A stretch of DNA of 64,000 nucleotides from contig OX597839.1 of NCBI GenBank assembly GCA_951406725.2, positions 17,670,001 through 17,734,000 on the forward strand, in the 5' to 3' direction. Of this stretch, positions 1 to 13,400 are shown piece by piece (within the stretch, counting starts at the first letter, position 1; every line of letters starts with the position of its first letter). Both the position numbers and the translations under genes were made by a program. This stretch comes from Octopus vulgaris. Its lineage: Eukaryota. A model generated the notes under the pieces. The model was not told the DNA's origin and searched no databases. It was given only the letters and a program-made list of their open reading frames with translations.

Positions 1-188
1 ATTAATTTGTGCTTTGATATTTATAAAAATGTTGTCTTAATGATGATGCTCTGTTGATTACAGTAATTAATATGCCCGTATTTTTAATTTATTTTCTTTT
101 TTCTTTTGCCTATATTGCAGCTTGCAACTTTTTATTTATTTTTTTTTGTATCACACACACCTACTCATCTCTCTCAATCTCTGTAACA

Positions 189-206
189 TACACATATCTA
201 TAAACA

Positions 207-257
<51 letters not shown>

Positions 258-260
258 TTT

Positions 261-302
<42 letters not shown>
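189..302. repeat. (TCTA)n microsatellite
   Basis: Direct tandem TCTA/TATC array. Confidence 0.95.
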
Positions 303-380
303 CCCATATATATATGTGTGTGTGGTTTTAAACATCTAAATATACTGGAAACAACATAATCAGTATCTAGATGTATTAAT

Positions 381-429
<49 letters not shown>

Positions 430-436
430 CAGCAGC

Positions 437-492
<56 letters not shown>

Positions 493-493
493 C

Positions 494-541
<48 letters not shown>
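381..541. repeat. (TAG)n microsatellite with repeated CAG/AAG interruptions
   Basis: Tandem GTA array; explains the poly-Y and poly-L ORFs. Confidence 0.95.
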
Positions 542-542
<1 letters not shown>

Positions 543-1129
543 ATAATGCATATATGTGGGTGTATGTGTGTGTATATTTATATTTATACATATATATATA
601 TATATATATAGCAGTTTATGAAACATACACGAAGAGAAAACCACCATGTAGATTCCTTACATGCTAAAAATGGCAGTCAAAGCCTAAAAGCATGAAAGAA
701 TATTCTTAGATTAAAGCACGTTGATTTGTATGCAAGCAAGACATTTGAGTGAATAAAATACAGTAAACCTTATACTTTTTTGTTTTTAATAAGTTTTGCT
801 ATTACTGACCAAATAAAACAATATTTGGTTAGTAATATTACTTAAGATTTTGTAAATTGTACTAATTGATATTTCTCCAAATAACATGCCCGTAAATTAA
901 TTACATTAATATACTTACTGATATATTATAAAGACCAACCACCTCATGTCTGTAATGGGATTGACCAAAGTTCAACCAGATCAAATGTAGTATAGAATAT
1001 GACGAATATTATTCTCAGAATTTTATTTGGCAGCACTGACAGACATTGGAAGTAGAAACGGCTGTTAGATGAAATAAAGATTTGCATTAAAGCATAATAA
1101 TCGTAGTCAATTTGTTTGCTTAATTTAAA

Positions 1130-1280
1130 TTTGATTCCTGATAAACTCTTGTTTATTTTTATTATTCCCTGTATCCTATGAGCATAATATGCTTGCATAT
1201 GTATGCCCAGGGTTAACATAGGTAATTTATACCGGTAGTAAGTTAGACGGTTACTCCAACCGCTAACTCTACTAACCTAT
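1130..1280 (+). mobile_element. Terminus of a (TA)n-inserted, probably Penelope-like element
   Basis: gataaactc...catatgtatgcccagggttaacatagg...taactc..ctaaccta-(TA)n is shared with 15430-15590. Confidence 0.55.
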
Positions 1281-1305
1281 ATATATATATATATACGTAT
1301 GTATA

Positions 1306-1639
1306 TCAGCCAGGATCCCTGGTCTGGTGGTACGTAAAAAGCACTATCCGACTCGTGGCCGATGCCAGCACCGCCTCGACTGGCTTCCATGCCGGTGGCA
1401 CATAAAATACACCAATCCGACCGTGGCCGTTGCCAGCCTCGCCTGGCATCTGTGCAGGTGGCACGTAAAAAGCACCCACTACACTCACGGAGTGGTTGGC
1501 GTTAGGAAGGGCATCCAGCTGTAGAAACATTGCCAGATAAGACTGGAGCCTGGTGCAGCCTTCTGGCTTCCCAGATCCCCGGTCGAACCGTCCAACCCAT
1601 GCTAGCATGGAGAACGGACGTTAAATGATGATGATGATG

Positions 1640-1645
<6 letters not shown>
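1306..1645 (+). mobile_element. 5'-truncated RTE-X LINE 3'UTR copy (family B) with (GAT)n tail
   Basis: Contains ggcgttaggaagggcatccagctgtagaaa and ends gttaaatgatgatgat. Near-identical to 62275-62588 (-) and homologous to the UTR after the RTE ORF ending at 24926. Confidence 0.85.
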
Positions 1646-1690
<45 letters not shown>

Positions 1691-1818
1691 ATTTATACAT
1701 ATTATATGTATGTATATATGTATAGTTTCCAAATTTTCCTATTTTATATAGAAAATAATATTCTTATCCCTTAGACAGTTATTCCAACTGCTTAACTCTA
1801 CTAACCTATATATATATG

Positions 1819-1869
<51 letters not shown>

Positions 1870-2274
1870 TTATACATATTATATGTATATATGTGTGTGT
1901 AGTTTGCAAATTTTCATATTTTATATAGAAAATAATTTTCTCATGTTTTGCTTAAAACATAACAATGGATCAAAACAAGCAAGACAGAGGGGGAAATATA
2001 CATAGACGTACATGCTCACACAGACACACACATGTGTTTTCTTAGATTATCTTATTAGGCTAGGATAATACTTAATTGATGATTTCTCATTTGGAGGTTT
2101 TGTGGCATATCTGTGTAGTAAGAAGTTTGTTTCCCGGTCAACTTCTCCTGAGTTTAGTCCACTGTGTGAATAAGTACTAAACTTAAAATTCAACTAAAAT
2201 TCTTCAAGGTGGTTCCCCAACATGGCTACAGCCTTACTGACAGAAACAAGCAAGCAAAAGATAATACCCACACA

Positions 2275-2309
<35 letters not shown>

Positions 2310-2312
<3 letters not shown>

Positions 2313-2545
2313 TCATCATCATCGTTTAACATCCATTTTCCGTGCTAGCGTGGGTTGGACGGTTCAACCGGGGTCTGGGAAGCCAGGAGGCTGCACCAGG
2401 CTCCAGTCTAATCTGGCAGTGTTTCTACAGCTGGATGCCCTTCCTAACGCCAACCACTCCGTGAGTGTAGTGGGTGCTTTTTACATGCCACCGGCACAGA
2501 AGCCAGTCAAGGTGGCGCTGGCATCAGCCACGTTCAGATGGTGCT
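2310..2545 (-). mobile_element. Family B RTE-X 3'UTR copy
   Basis: (CAT)n cgtttaac...ctggatgcccttcctaacgccaacc, inserted in (TA)n. Confidence 0.85.
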
Positions 2546-3532
2546 TCGATATATATATATATATAACGTTATTATCAGTCCAAATATGCTTGATGCACAT
2601 TCGAACTGGGGAACAAGCTCCTCTCTGCAATATATGTGTGTGTGTGTGTTTGTATGCATATATATTTTTACTGGCCTTCCCACCTAGCCAGGAGTGTGGC
2701 ATTATTTGAAAGCTGAAGCAAAGCAAGGAAGTGCATTGTGACCAGCAGTGTATAGCAACATCCAATAGTCTGATCAATACAGCGATATATTTATATATTT
2801 GGTGTTGACAAATGGACAAATAAAACATCTTTTCATGTCTTTATATGGAATTTCAGTGTGACATCAACCTGATTACTCTTAATTACCTGCATTTCAATTA
2901 CTCATATAATGAATGGTTTGGTTAATGAATACGACTCTTGAATGGATGATGTTCGTGCATAGAGACCCCACTGTATAATGAATGGATTTGTTATTGCATC
3001 ATGTTTGGAGGTGATTGCTGTCTTACAAGAATTACAGCAATTCGTTACTTCATCTACTTCATAACCTTAAAATTCTGTTGTGGCAAAAAAGAAAAGCCGT
3101 ATCTTCATTTGGGTCTTTTCCCTATCTTTATCAACATTGATCAGCTGTTAGATATTGCATGTCAAAGTTTTAGGCTATTTATGTAACTCTCCTATGCATT
3201 CATAGGTACAGGCCTGGTTGTGTCGTTAAGAAGCCTGTTTTGCAACCATGTGGTTTCAGGTTCAGTTCCATGGTGCAGCACATTGGACAAGTATCTTCTA
3301 CTATAGCACCAGGACAACCAATGTCTCGTGACTAAATTTAGTCAGTGGAAACTGTAGGGAACCCCATCATATATACAGGGTAGGCCAATAGCCATGCACA
3401 AAGTAAGTTTAATATGCTTTGAAATTGTCAAAGATATGCTTCATTTTTTTCTACAGTTTAATAAAATGATGAATACACATATACTTGTACATAATGAACA
3501 AAATTTAATAATAATAATAATAATAATAATAA

Positions 3533-3990
3533 GTCTTGGTATAAAAGATGGGCTACAGCTCAATACCACAGATTTGCTTGTTAGTTGTTTGACCGTAACC
3601 AGTTGGCCATGCCCCGTAGTGGCTGACAATATATGCATCTCTGATCATGAGCAGAAGTAGTGGAACATCATAGCCATGTGTTGAGAGGAGTTCTTCGGGG
3701 TTTGAATAATTCACCTCTGGAAACATGGGTGTTTCATTCAAAATCCTTAAACAACCCTTATTCAAGGACCATTTGAGTGGGATGGGCTACTGGAAAAAAA
3801 TTCTAACTGGGCCCCACCTACAAGGTCATGTACTGTTAATCTTGATATAAGACTATAATGTCGTGCACATATGGTTTTGATGCATGTGCCTTGTGTACCC
3901 TTGACAGATTGGTAGTCATGATGGATATACTGGGCTTTGTATATTTTACCCCAGTGTCACTTTGATGGCATACACCGCTCTCTCACTCAA
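3533..3990 (+). mobile_element. Unclassified retroposon-like insertion bounded by (AAT)n on both sides
   Basis: GC-richer ~460 bp block between two (AAT)n tracts, ending ctctctcactc(aat)n. Single copy in the window. Confidence 0.45.
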
Positions 3991-4270
3991 TAATAATAAT
4001 AATAATAAAGTAATATAAATATAATGTCAAATGTTTTGATGCATGACTTTTTATCCACCCATGTATATGTAGGTGCAGGCATGGTTTTGTAGTTAAGAAG
4101 CCTGCCTCCAAACCGAGGGGTCTTAGGTTCAGTACCTCTCCATGGCATCTTGGGCAAGTGTCTTCTATTACAGCCCCAGGCTGACCAAAGCTTTGTGAGT
4201 GGAGTTGATTGACTGAAACTGAAAGACATCAGTCATATACATTGACATGTGTGTATATCTATGTCCGCAC

Positions 4271-4674
4271 ATACTCTTTACTCTTTTATTTGTTTCAGTC
4301 ATTTGACTGTGGCCATGCTGGAGAACCGCCTTTAATCGAGCAACTCAACCCCAGGGCTTATTCTTTTGTAAGCCCAGTACTTATTCTACCGGTCTCTTTT
4401 ACCGAACCACTAAGTAACAGGGACACAAACACACCAGCATCGATTGTCAAGCAATGCTAAGGAGACAAACACAGACATACAAACACACACACGCATATAT
4501 ATATATATATATACATATATACGACGGGCTTCTTTCAGTTTCCGTCTACCAAATCCACTCACAAGGCTTTGGGCGACCCGAGGCTATAGTAGAAGACATT
4601 TGCCCAAGGTGCCACGCAGTGGGACTGAACCTAGAACCATGTGGTTGGTAAACAAGCTACTTACCACACAGCCA
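4271..4674 (-). mobile_element. tRNA-derived CORE-like SINE (family A)
   Basis: Reverse complement of 17011-17462. Confidence 0.9.
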
Positions 4675-5374
4675 CATGTGTATGTAGGTTTGTTTACTTT
4701 CCTATAGCATTAGCAGTTTAAAAAGAATAGTCCAAAAGAATAAGTACCAGACTTTAAAACCAAACAAACAAATAAATAGCAGTGGTTGATTTGTTCTACT
4801 AAAACCCTTCAAGGCAGTGCTCCAGCACGGCCACAGTTCAATGAGTGAAGCAAGTAAAAGATAAAAGATTCCTTTCCTTCTTGTTTATTACTATCCTTTC
4901 TATTTGTTTTATGCAGATGCACAAATTATTTAACTATTTCCAATAATCAATCAGATCTATCTAACTGACTTAGCCTTTATCTTTTCTTACAGACATTGAT
5001 CTACTAATGTTTTGACTGAGCCTCAGCTGCATTGATCTAGATTGTCTGGGAGAATCTCCTTTTGCCAGTTTATTTAATTAATAACTGCATTAAGGTCACT
5101 ACTCAATGTTTGAGTCTATATATTAGAGTCTATGTTTGAGTTTATCAATTAGACTCACTGTCTGAGTCTAAATAATATCTTCGGTACTAGAAGAAACGTC
5201 ATCAAACTTAATATTTTAAAGCTGAAAATTTATACTTTTTTATAAAAATGGCTTGACAATTTGCATCTCTTGGAATAAAATAAAACTAATGAAAAAAAAC
5301 AGAACTAATATTTTGACCATCCTGTCTTAACTCGAGAATTGGCTACATTATGACTACATTATTCAATATGTCTT

Positions 5375-5461
<87 letters not shown>

Positions 5462-6454
5462 ATATATATATATATATGTATATGTATTTATATAATAGCA
5501 TTTGATTTGAGGGAGATTTGGCTGTTATTTCAGACAAGTTCAACAATCAAATTGAGATTCACTTCTTAAGCTCGTTAAAGTTACTTTTGTTGGATGTTGA
5601 TGTTTAACCACATCAAAATGGTAAGCTGGCAGAATTGTTAGCACCCCAGACAAAGTGCTTAGTGGGACTGAGACTTCTGGCAGTTTGCTGTGCTTGATAA
5701 GACACTTCAAGCTAAGTAAAATCATGGTTGTCCTTGCAAATAAGCATGTCCCCTGTATCGCTCTTCAGCTGAGCAATCCTAATCTTGTGAGCTTGTGGGT
5801 GGGTGCTGGTGACATGTAAAAAGCACCCATGCTGGTGTCCTGTAAAAGCACTTGTGCCAGTGCTGGGTAAAAGTGCCTAGTACACTCTGTAAAGTGGTTG
5901 ACATTAGGAAGGGTATCCAGCCATAGAAACCATGCCAAACAGATATGAAACATGGCCAGCTCCTGTCAAACCGTCCAACTCATACCAGCATGCAAAATAG
6001 ACATTAATTGATGATGATTATTATTTTGATAAAAGTGCATTTTTAAATGCTAACAAATATAGTATGATATTTACTCATGTAAAAATCATAGCCCTAATTT
6101 AGTGTTAAATCCTTGTACAAATTTTTTTTCCCCTTCACCATCATAGTTTTAGATTTGCCCCATGTTTAAATTGCACCCCTGTTTCTTCACTTAAAATCAA
6201 GTATAAAATATTGTGACTTATATACAAGTAAATGTGGTTGGTGGGAAGCTCCCAGACAACAGTGTTTTTAGTTTTCATGTTGAGTTTTAAGATTTATTGT
6301 GTTTTCAGAAACAGAATATATGTAAATGTTATAAGTTCAAGTAAATATTATGAATTAATTTTTTTTTATTTTCTGTTTTCTTAAAAAATACATTTTTGCA
6401 GAAATTTATAGTGTAATGGAATTTCATTTTCTTTAATTATATTTCTTCTCCTTC

Positions 6455-6469
6455 ATATTATTATTGTTG

Positions 6470-6515
<46 letters not shown>

Positions 6516-6562
6516 CATTATTATTATTATTATTATCATTATTATTATTATTACTATTATCA

Positions 6563-6614
<52 letters not shown>
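6455..6614. repeat. (ATT)n microsatellite
   Basis: Tandem array; explains the poly-N and poly-L ORFs. Confidence 0.95.
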
Positions 6615-6820
6615 GGTGGTTAGCAGGCAGCATTGTTAGCTCACTGGGCAAAATGCTTAGCAACATCTCATCCATCTTCTGAGTTCAAATTCTGCTGAGG
6701 TCGACTTTGCTTTTCATCCTTTCAAGGTTGATAAGTATCAGTTGAGCACTGGAGTTGAGTTGATTGACTTATCCCCTCCCCTGAAATTCCTGGCTTTGTG
6801 CCAAAACTTGAAACCACTAT
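6615..6820 (+). mobile_element. Diverged tRNA-derived SINE (family C)
   Basis: gagttcaaattc B-box followed by gtcgactttgcttttcatcctttc, as in 45062-45293. Confidence 0.75.
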
Positions 6821-7850
6821 TATTATTATATCCAGGAGTTTTCTCTAATTTTCTATTTGTTTGTTTTAATAGACTTTCATCTTATAAAATGATCAAAAAC
6901 AAAATAAATTTGTAGGTAGATCAAGAGAAACAGGTGGAACTCTATTATGATGAAATATGCCAGAGGAGAGTGACAAAAACTGACAAGAAATAGCATGGGA
7001 ATGATTTACTGAGTAAGAGTTCAATGTGGGTCTAATAGACAAACAGACTTTTGGCAGGCAAAGACTGTATTTACTTGGGGAAAATGTGTGAATGAGTCCC
7101 TGTGCAGGATGAATTGGTTAAAAAAACTTGAAGGTGCTGAAGAAAGCTATTATATGTGTCATAATCTTGTGCTTGATGGTATCTTCTTGTTCTTTTACTT
7201 GTTTCAATCATTAGATTATGGCCATACTGGAGCATTGCCTTGAAGGGTTTTAGTCAAACAAATCGAAATCTGTAGTTTATTTTAGCAACCTTAGATGGAT
7301 TGAAGGCAAAATTGATCTCATAAGGGGTCAACCTAAATGTATTCATGGATGATATCTGAAATAAAGAGATAAAATGGTCAAATCTGCTCAGTTAGTACTG
7401 ACCTGGAGCTTAAACAATTACTGCTAAATGATAGTCTCTTTCATACACCTTTCTGTCTTAAAAATATCATACACTGTACTAAACCTGAATCAGTAAGGTC
7501 AAAGATGGAACATCTCACATCTCTGGTTATAAGTCATTGAGAGAGAGAGAGAGAAAGAGAGAGGGGACAGAGAAGAGAGAGTGGGGTGAGAAGATGGTGA
7601 AACTGTGATGGAATGGTTCACCCAAATTACAGGGAAGTGTATGAGTGGGACCAAGGATTACATAGTGTGAGTGAGTGGGGAAATTTGCAGGATTGTGAAA
7701 GGAGAGTGAGAATTGGATGGGGGAAGGAACGTAACGAGTAGATACAAATTGAGGGAGAGGTGTTAGGAGGATATGTTGTGGGGAAGAGATTCAGCAGGGA
7801 CAGATTGTGTGCAGGGGCGTGGACATAAATGACATGCTCTTATAGCCTCA

Positions 7851-7907
<57 letters not shown>

Positions 7908-7934
7908 GTAAATGTAATATGTGACAATAGCCAA

Positions 7935-7995
7935 GATAAAACTCTGAGTTTCGGATGCCAAGGTGGAAATCCACAACACTATCTCTTCGGTTATC
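7935..7995 (-). ncRNA. Type I hammerhead-like motif, CCGAAGA core variant
   Basis: Reverse complement reads GATAA CCGAAGA [bulged stem II gat..gtgg attt ccac..atcc] GAAA CTCAGAG TT TTATC. Confidence 0.6.
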
Positions 7996-8000
7996 CGGCC

Positions 8001-8117
8001 AGATAACCAAAGAGATGGTGTTGTGGATTTCCATCTCGGCATCCGAAATTCAGAGTTTTAACCGTAGAGATGGTGTTATGGATTTCCACCTCGGCATCCG
8101 AAACTCAGAGTTTTATC
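8001..8117 (+). ncRNA. Tandem pair of hammerhead-like motifs (cores CCAAAGA 8007-8013 and CCGTAGA 8062-8068)
   Basis: A 55-nt unit occurs twice, each ending GAAA(C/T)TCAGAGTT. Outer helix I is gataa/ttatc. Confidence 0.55.
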
Positions 8118-8219
8118 ATGGCTACCAAATAATTGTCACATATTACATTTACAGATAAATTTCCTCTATTTACATAATATCGAGGTATCTTTCTTTCTTT
8201 TGTTATCTTACCGTTTTTA

Positions 8220-8277
<58 letters not shown>

Positions 8278-8373
8278 ATAAATAAATAAAACATACGCAT
8301 ATATACATACATATTTATTATATTGTTATTATATGACCGAACGCACGTGTTGTTTCTCTTCTCCAAGTAAGTT

Positions 8374-8424
<51 letters not shown>

Positions 8425-8440
8425 GTTGATCCAAATTTGT

Positions 8441-8481
8441 TGGTTCTCTTGGGTTTCAAGCGTGATGCTAGTTGTCAGCCA
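8441..8481 (-). ncRNA. Decayed antisense hammerhead copy in hairpin 8426-8551
   Basis: Reverse complement reads TGG CTGACAA CTAGCATCACGCTT GAAA CCCAAGAG AA CCA. Confidence 0.6.
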
Positions 8482-8495
8482 CTCTGAATATGAAA

Positions 8496-8536
8496 TGGCT
8501 GATGACTAGCATCATGCTTGAAACTCAAGAGTACCA
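8496..8536 (+). ncRNA. Type I hammerhead ribozyme motif (GUA site at 8531-8533)
   Basis: TGG CTGATGA ctAGCA-tca-TGCTt GAAA CTC-AA-GAG TA CCA; helices I, II and III can all be paired. Confidence 0.8.
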
Positions 8537-8619
8537 ACGAATTTGAATCAAACTGCTTTGACCCATACATGTAACTCCCAATAAATTTGTTGAGTGTCCT
8601 TCTTTCATTTGTCCACTCA

Positions 8620-8657
<38 letters not shown>

Positions 8658-9489
8658 CGCTTATATGTTTTTGTACCTTTGGTTGTCACCCACCTCCCCA
8701 CTATTTGACAACTGGTTGGGAGAAAGAACAAAAATTTGATAAACTATACCTAGAAAAAAAAATCAGATGTGATGATCAATGTTGGAATGCCTTTAAATAT
8801 AGTTCTGCTCAATTTGGGATAACTTGGGGTTAAAGAACAACACTAGAATAAATGGTGATTTTCTCTTGTTTTTAAAGTGTTTCATGAAGATTGTGATAAT
8901 AAAAAGAACTCATTCCAAAAGACATTTATGGCAAATCTTGTCTTGCTTAATGTCACACCTCAGAACAAGTGAACATGACAGTTATTATAACATCTCAAAT
9001 GAAAACTCATGAATATTGTTACATTAAAATATACTTTTTCTGTGTAATGCTGATAATTCAGTAAGTCAATCAATAAATTAATGCGCGTGCACACACACAC
9101 ACACACACACACAGGCATGGATGTGTAGTTAAGAAGTCTGCTTCCCAACCTCGTGGTTTCAGGTTCAGTCCCACTGTGTGGAACCTTCTACTATAGTCTT
9201 GGGACAACCAAAGTCTAGTGAGTGAATTTGTTAGACAGATACCTAAATAAGCTTGTCACATATATAAATGTGTGTGTGTGTGTGTATGGGGTGCTGTCTT
9301 CTTGCCTTGACATCACATTATAATTGCAAGTGTCACTGCCACACGTGTGATGTCTTCCAAGATATATCTGTTCATGTGCATATTAATGTACTGTATTAGA
9401 TGGCATATAAAATGCATTTTTCTAAAGAAATGTTTCTAAAAAATCCCCCCAAGTCCTGCATGCAAGGCTGGACCTTCATAAGTTTTAAA

Positions 9490-10130
9490 GCACAATGAGT
9501 TGGGAAAGGAAAAACACCTGCACCCCAAACTAAAAAGGTCTTCTTCCATGTATGGTGTTGTTATCTGCTTGGTTGGATATGAAAGGTTTAGTCCACTTTG
9601 AACTTTTAACCCAAACCAAATGATAACAAAGGAGGTCTACTGTGAGCAGCTAGAGTGGTTTAAGTCAGTGCTAGAAGAAAAACAATCTTTAGTTTCAAGA
9701 CAAAAAGTGTCCTTCCATCAGGATAATGCTCGGCCACATACAGCAAGGATGACATTCCAAAGGCTGAAGCAGTTTGAATGGGAAATGAAGCCCCACCCAC
9801 CATATATGCCAGACATTGCTCCATCTGATTATCATTTATGCCACAGTCTTCAAAATCATTTGGACAGAAAAGATATGAATTCTGCAGACAAGGTCAGAAC
9901 AGTACTTTGTCATGGACAAGTGAATTTTGTCAGTACTTTGTCATGGACAAGTGAACTGTTCTTTGTCATGGACAAGTGAATTTTGGAAGTGGGGCCTTGC
10001 AAATCTACCTGATAGATGGAAGAACATAGTAGAAAATGATGGAGAGTATGTTCTAGATTAAAAAAGAACTTTATCTTTTGAAAAATAAAAAAAGGATAAA
10101 AAGAACCACATTATTTATGGGATGACCCAA
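9490..10130 (+). pseudogene. Mariner (DD34D) transposase C-terminal remnant with right end
   Basis: ORF 9620-9979 has FHQDNARPHT and HPPYMPDIAPSDYHL motifs. Later ENDGEYVLD* and the end ttatttatgggatgacccaa-TA. A ~30-bp triplication at 9901-9985 disrupts it. Confidence 0.93.
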
Positions 10131-11427
10131 TATATTGAGTTCTACTAATTATTAGTATCACTGTGCCTAAACAAAATCACAATATATATTACAGTAATGG
10201 CTGTATGATTTTGTGGTGGGGGATTTACTTTAAGTTCTTTTTTCATTTGCAAAATTCAGGTCACTCACTAACAAAGTGACAAGACTCATTTGTTTAAGTC
10301 AGTACTGCTCCTGGTGTTTGAGGTTGCCTGGATTGTTTGATGAATATGCATACATATGTGTTGTCTGTGTGTATGTGTGTGTGGGAGAGTTAACTAGTGC
10401 TCGTGGGTTTGTGTGGCACCCTATAACACGAGTGTGTGTGTTTCATTACTGATTATGTGTTTGGATGCATATATATTTTATATGTATATGTAATTGTATG
10501 CCTCTATTCACCCAGGAACCTCAAATGGAGACTCTCTGAAATGTTTTACAACTTTTTCACTGTATCTTTAATCAGTTTTATCAGGAGAATGCAAATCAGT
10601 CTGCTCCGTTCTATTTTCAAGAACCTGAGCATTTGTAGGTTTCAATGCAGATTTGTTGATTTGTTGCCTGGTACACCTATGATAAAAGGTACAAATAAAA
10701 CTTTACAGCCTGGATGTAAGGGCTGTAGATTTCTCCTCACTCTACATGGCAGCTGATCTCTACAGCTGTGCACAGTCTTTGTTTCTTGTCTCATATAACT
10801 ATATCTGGCCTGTTGTGCTAACACTGGGTTGCTGTTCTATTGCAATGTTTGGACCACTATTCTTTATGTTTAAAAGTGTGGATACTTTCAGCTTCTGGTG
10901 TGCCTTTGATATCTGCCAATAGGCTGTCATCATTGTTATTGTAGTTGCTCAGTCACAAACTCAGCCTTAATTTAACACATCTATGATCAAAGATGTTTCT
11001 TCCATGACCACCCTACCCTTTCATGTATCTAGTTTAACAAGTTGTTGCTGTTTAACCTCACTCCTGCCTTTATCTAGCAAACCCTTGGTCCAAAAGACAC
11101 TCCTCCTATGACCATCTCATCATTTCTCATATCTTGAACTACATGTCCTTCCATTTATTCTGCTAGTAGCATGTAGTCTGAGCAAAATTTAGCTAACACT
11201 TAACATGTTTGAGTGAGCAAAAGACTTGTTACTTCAGTTCATTGACAAAAGTGATACGATCATCTTAAATAGGAATATCTAAAGAAATATTTCAGTTAGC
11301 CTGTTGTGTGTGTGTGTGTGCATGTGCTTCTGTGTGTTTGTGTCTGTTGGTCTGTTTATGTCTTCACAAGTTAGTGGTCTGGCAAAAGAGACTGACAGAA
11401 TCATTACCAATTTTTTTTTAAATAATT

Positions 11428-11705
11428 ACTGGTGTTCATATATTTGACTAAACCCTTCAAGGTGGTGCTCCAGCATGGCTGCAGTCCAATGATTGAAAGA
11501 AATAAAAGATAAAAGATGTACTGGAGTTTGATTTATTTGACTAAACCCATCAAGATGTTGTCCCAGCATGGCCACAGTCATTGACAGAATGAAGTAGCAG
11601 ATAATGGATTAAAAGAAGTACTGGAGTCGATTTGTTTGACTAAACTTGTCAAGGCATTGTCCCAGCATGGCCACAGTCCAATGACTGAAACAAGTAAAAT
11701 ATATA
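11428..11705 (+). repeat. Three tandem ~90-bp copies of the family A SINE 3' end
   Basis: ctgg..tttgactaaac..caag..ccagcatgg.c.cagtc occurs three times. Confidence 0.8.
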
Positions 11706-12352
11706 AAAAATTAAATCAATATGACTGAAGAAAAATTTACAAAGCAAAAGTGATGGATTCATAATTTAAATGGAATTAGCTCGACATATCAAATTAAAAC
11801 TGCTTCAAGAGTAACTGATATACGAGAATCTTTGATAAAAATTAATTGATAAAGGGTTAATGTAAATATTTAATTTTAAATTGAAATCAGTCTGCATTAA
11901 AATTAAAATTGTAAAATATTGTTTTAAAAGTCCTTTGAGTATTTTCATTAAACATATCGTTTGTATTAAATATTTTTAAGAATATAAATCTCTTATCTGG
12001 AAGAAAATTTAATTGCTTGTAATAACCACTGTTATCAATGCATATCAATGTTTTGGATTTATTATTGTTTTTTTTTTTTCATTATGTTTTCTTTTAATGC
12101 ATTCTGTTTTGTAATTCTTGTTCTTTTATTAATTGAGAAAGGTTGAAACTAACTGTTTCATATTTTTAATCATAGATAGCTCGATAGACAAATAGATAGA
12201 GAGATAGATCGATAGATAGATAGTGAGAGATGGACTGATAAAGTGATAGATAAACTGAGATATATATATATATATTTTTATATATGTATTTATAGAAAAC
12301 ATGTAAACGTGTGTGTAAAGACAATTGTATTCATACACATTTTTTATAGAAG

Positions 12353-12387
<35 letters not shown>

Positions 12388-13073
12388 GCAGGTATGTGCA
12401 TATGAATTTAGAGTTCACTTCATAACCATATGGCTTCAAATTCTGCCACAGCATGACACCTTGAGCAAGTATCTTGTACTCTAGCCGCAGGTTGACCAAT
12501 GCTTTGGCAATGGAATTGTAAGATAGAAGCTATATGGAAGCTTGTATGTATGTGATGCATCTGTGTGCATACACACACACACGCACAATGGCTTGCAAAA
12601 ACTTTATAGTCTGCTTAATAACACACAATGTTAATTTAATATGTAAAATTATCCAACATGAATGAAAGTTTGTCTCGGTATTTTTGTGACTCTCCTTGAA
12701 CTAATATCATGGCTTTTACCTAATTAGGCTTGTATTTGATTACATTATCAATAAGAGAAAGATACATATTTATCTACTCTTTGATCAATGTTTCTTTTAT
12801 CTCTCTAATTGATGTAATTTTCAGCGATCTTGCTCTCTACATTCTGTCAAGGTATTCCAGTGTGTGTGTTCTACAGGATTGAGATCGGAAGCTTTGAACA
12901 ACCCATTTCAGAGATATGTCTCTGTGACTTCTTTTTCTGAGCTTGTGATGCCTTGCTTGTATGACATTGTGTTCAATCTTTTTCTGATAATTTAGTTGTC
13001 TTATCAATTCCTTCATTGGAAGAGATGGTAAAAAAAACACCACCTTTCAAATATTTGATTGTATTCTGGGTCA

Positions 13074-13284
13074 CTTAAACCAGTCATATCCACCTTAAAT
13101 ATCTAACCTGATTTATGTTCAAACAAGCTAAATCTGGCCTCTCACACCTATCCTACAATGTCATTTTAAAGCTAAACAATCACAACATCAAAATCACATA
13201 AGCTACAAGATAATGCATGATTAATTCAAAACAATGTAAATAAATAAGCATTATACTTGATAGAATAATCTGAATGCCAAAGGG
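13074..13284 (-). mobile_element. piggyBac-like MITE, one end decayed
   Basis: Ends gaatgccaaaggg-TTAA; reverse-complement match to 47198-47375. Confidence 0.75.
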
Positions 13285-13356
13285 TTAAATGATTTTCAAC
13301 AAAAAGGAGCAACAAAAGGAGCATTGACATTAAATGATGGTGAAGACGATGATTGT

Positions 13357-13400
<44 letters not shown>

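Larger units (their letters stand above)
7907..8225 (+). mobile_element. Fold-back (TA)n-embedded element with one antisense and two tandem sense HHR-like motifs
   Basis: Inverted arms centred at ~7998. Same family as 59325-59577, in opposite orientation. Confidence 0.8.

Noticed and set aside
995-1072. Possible decayed hammerhead (atgacga ... gaaacggctgtt agat)
   Set aside because: The GAAA/helix III half fits, but the core lacks C3 and helices I and II cannot be paired convincingly.
9901-9985. Short direct repeats resembling a CRISPR array (also 11428-11705 and family B subrepeats)
   Set aside because: They are tandem duplications without unique spacers, in eukaryotic context and with no cas genes.
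12825-12851. Possible 27-nt micro-exon, and a similar candidate at 25672-25715
   Set aside because: Weak donors and too short to support without transcript data.
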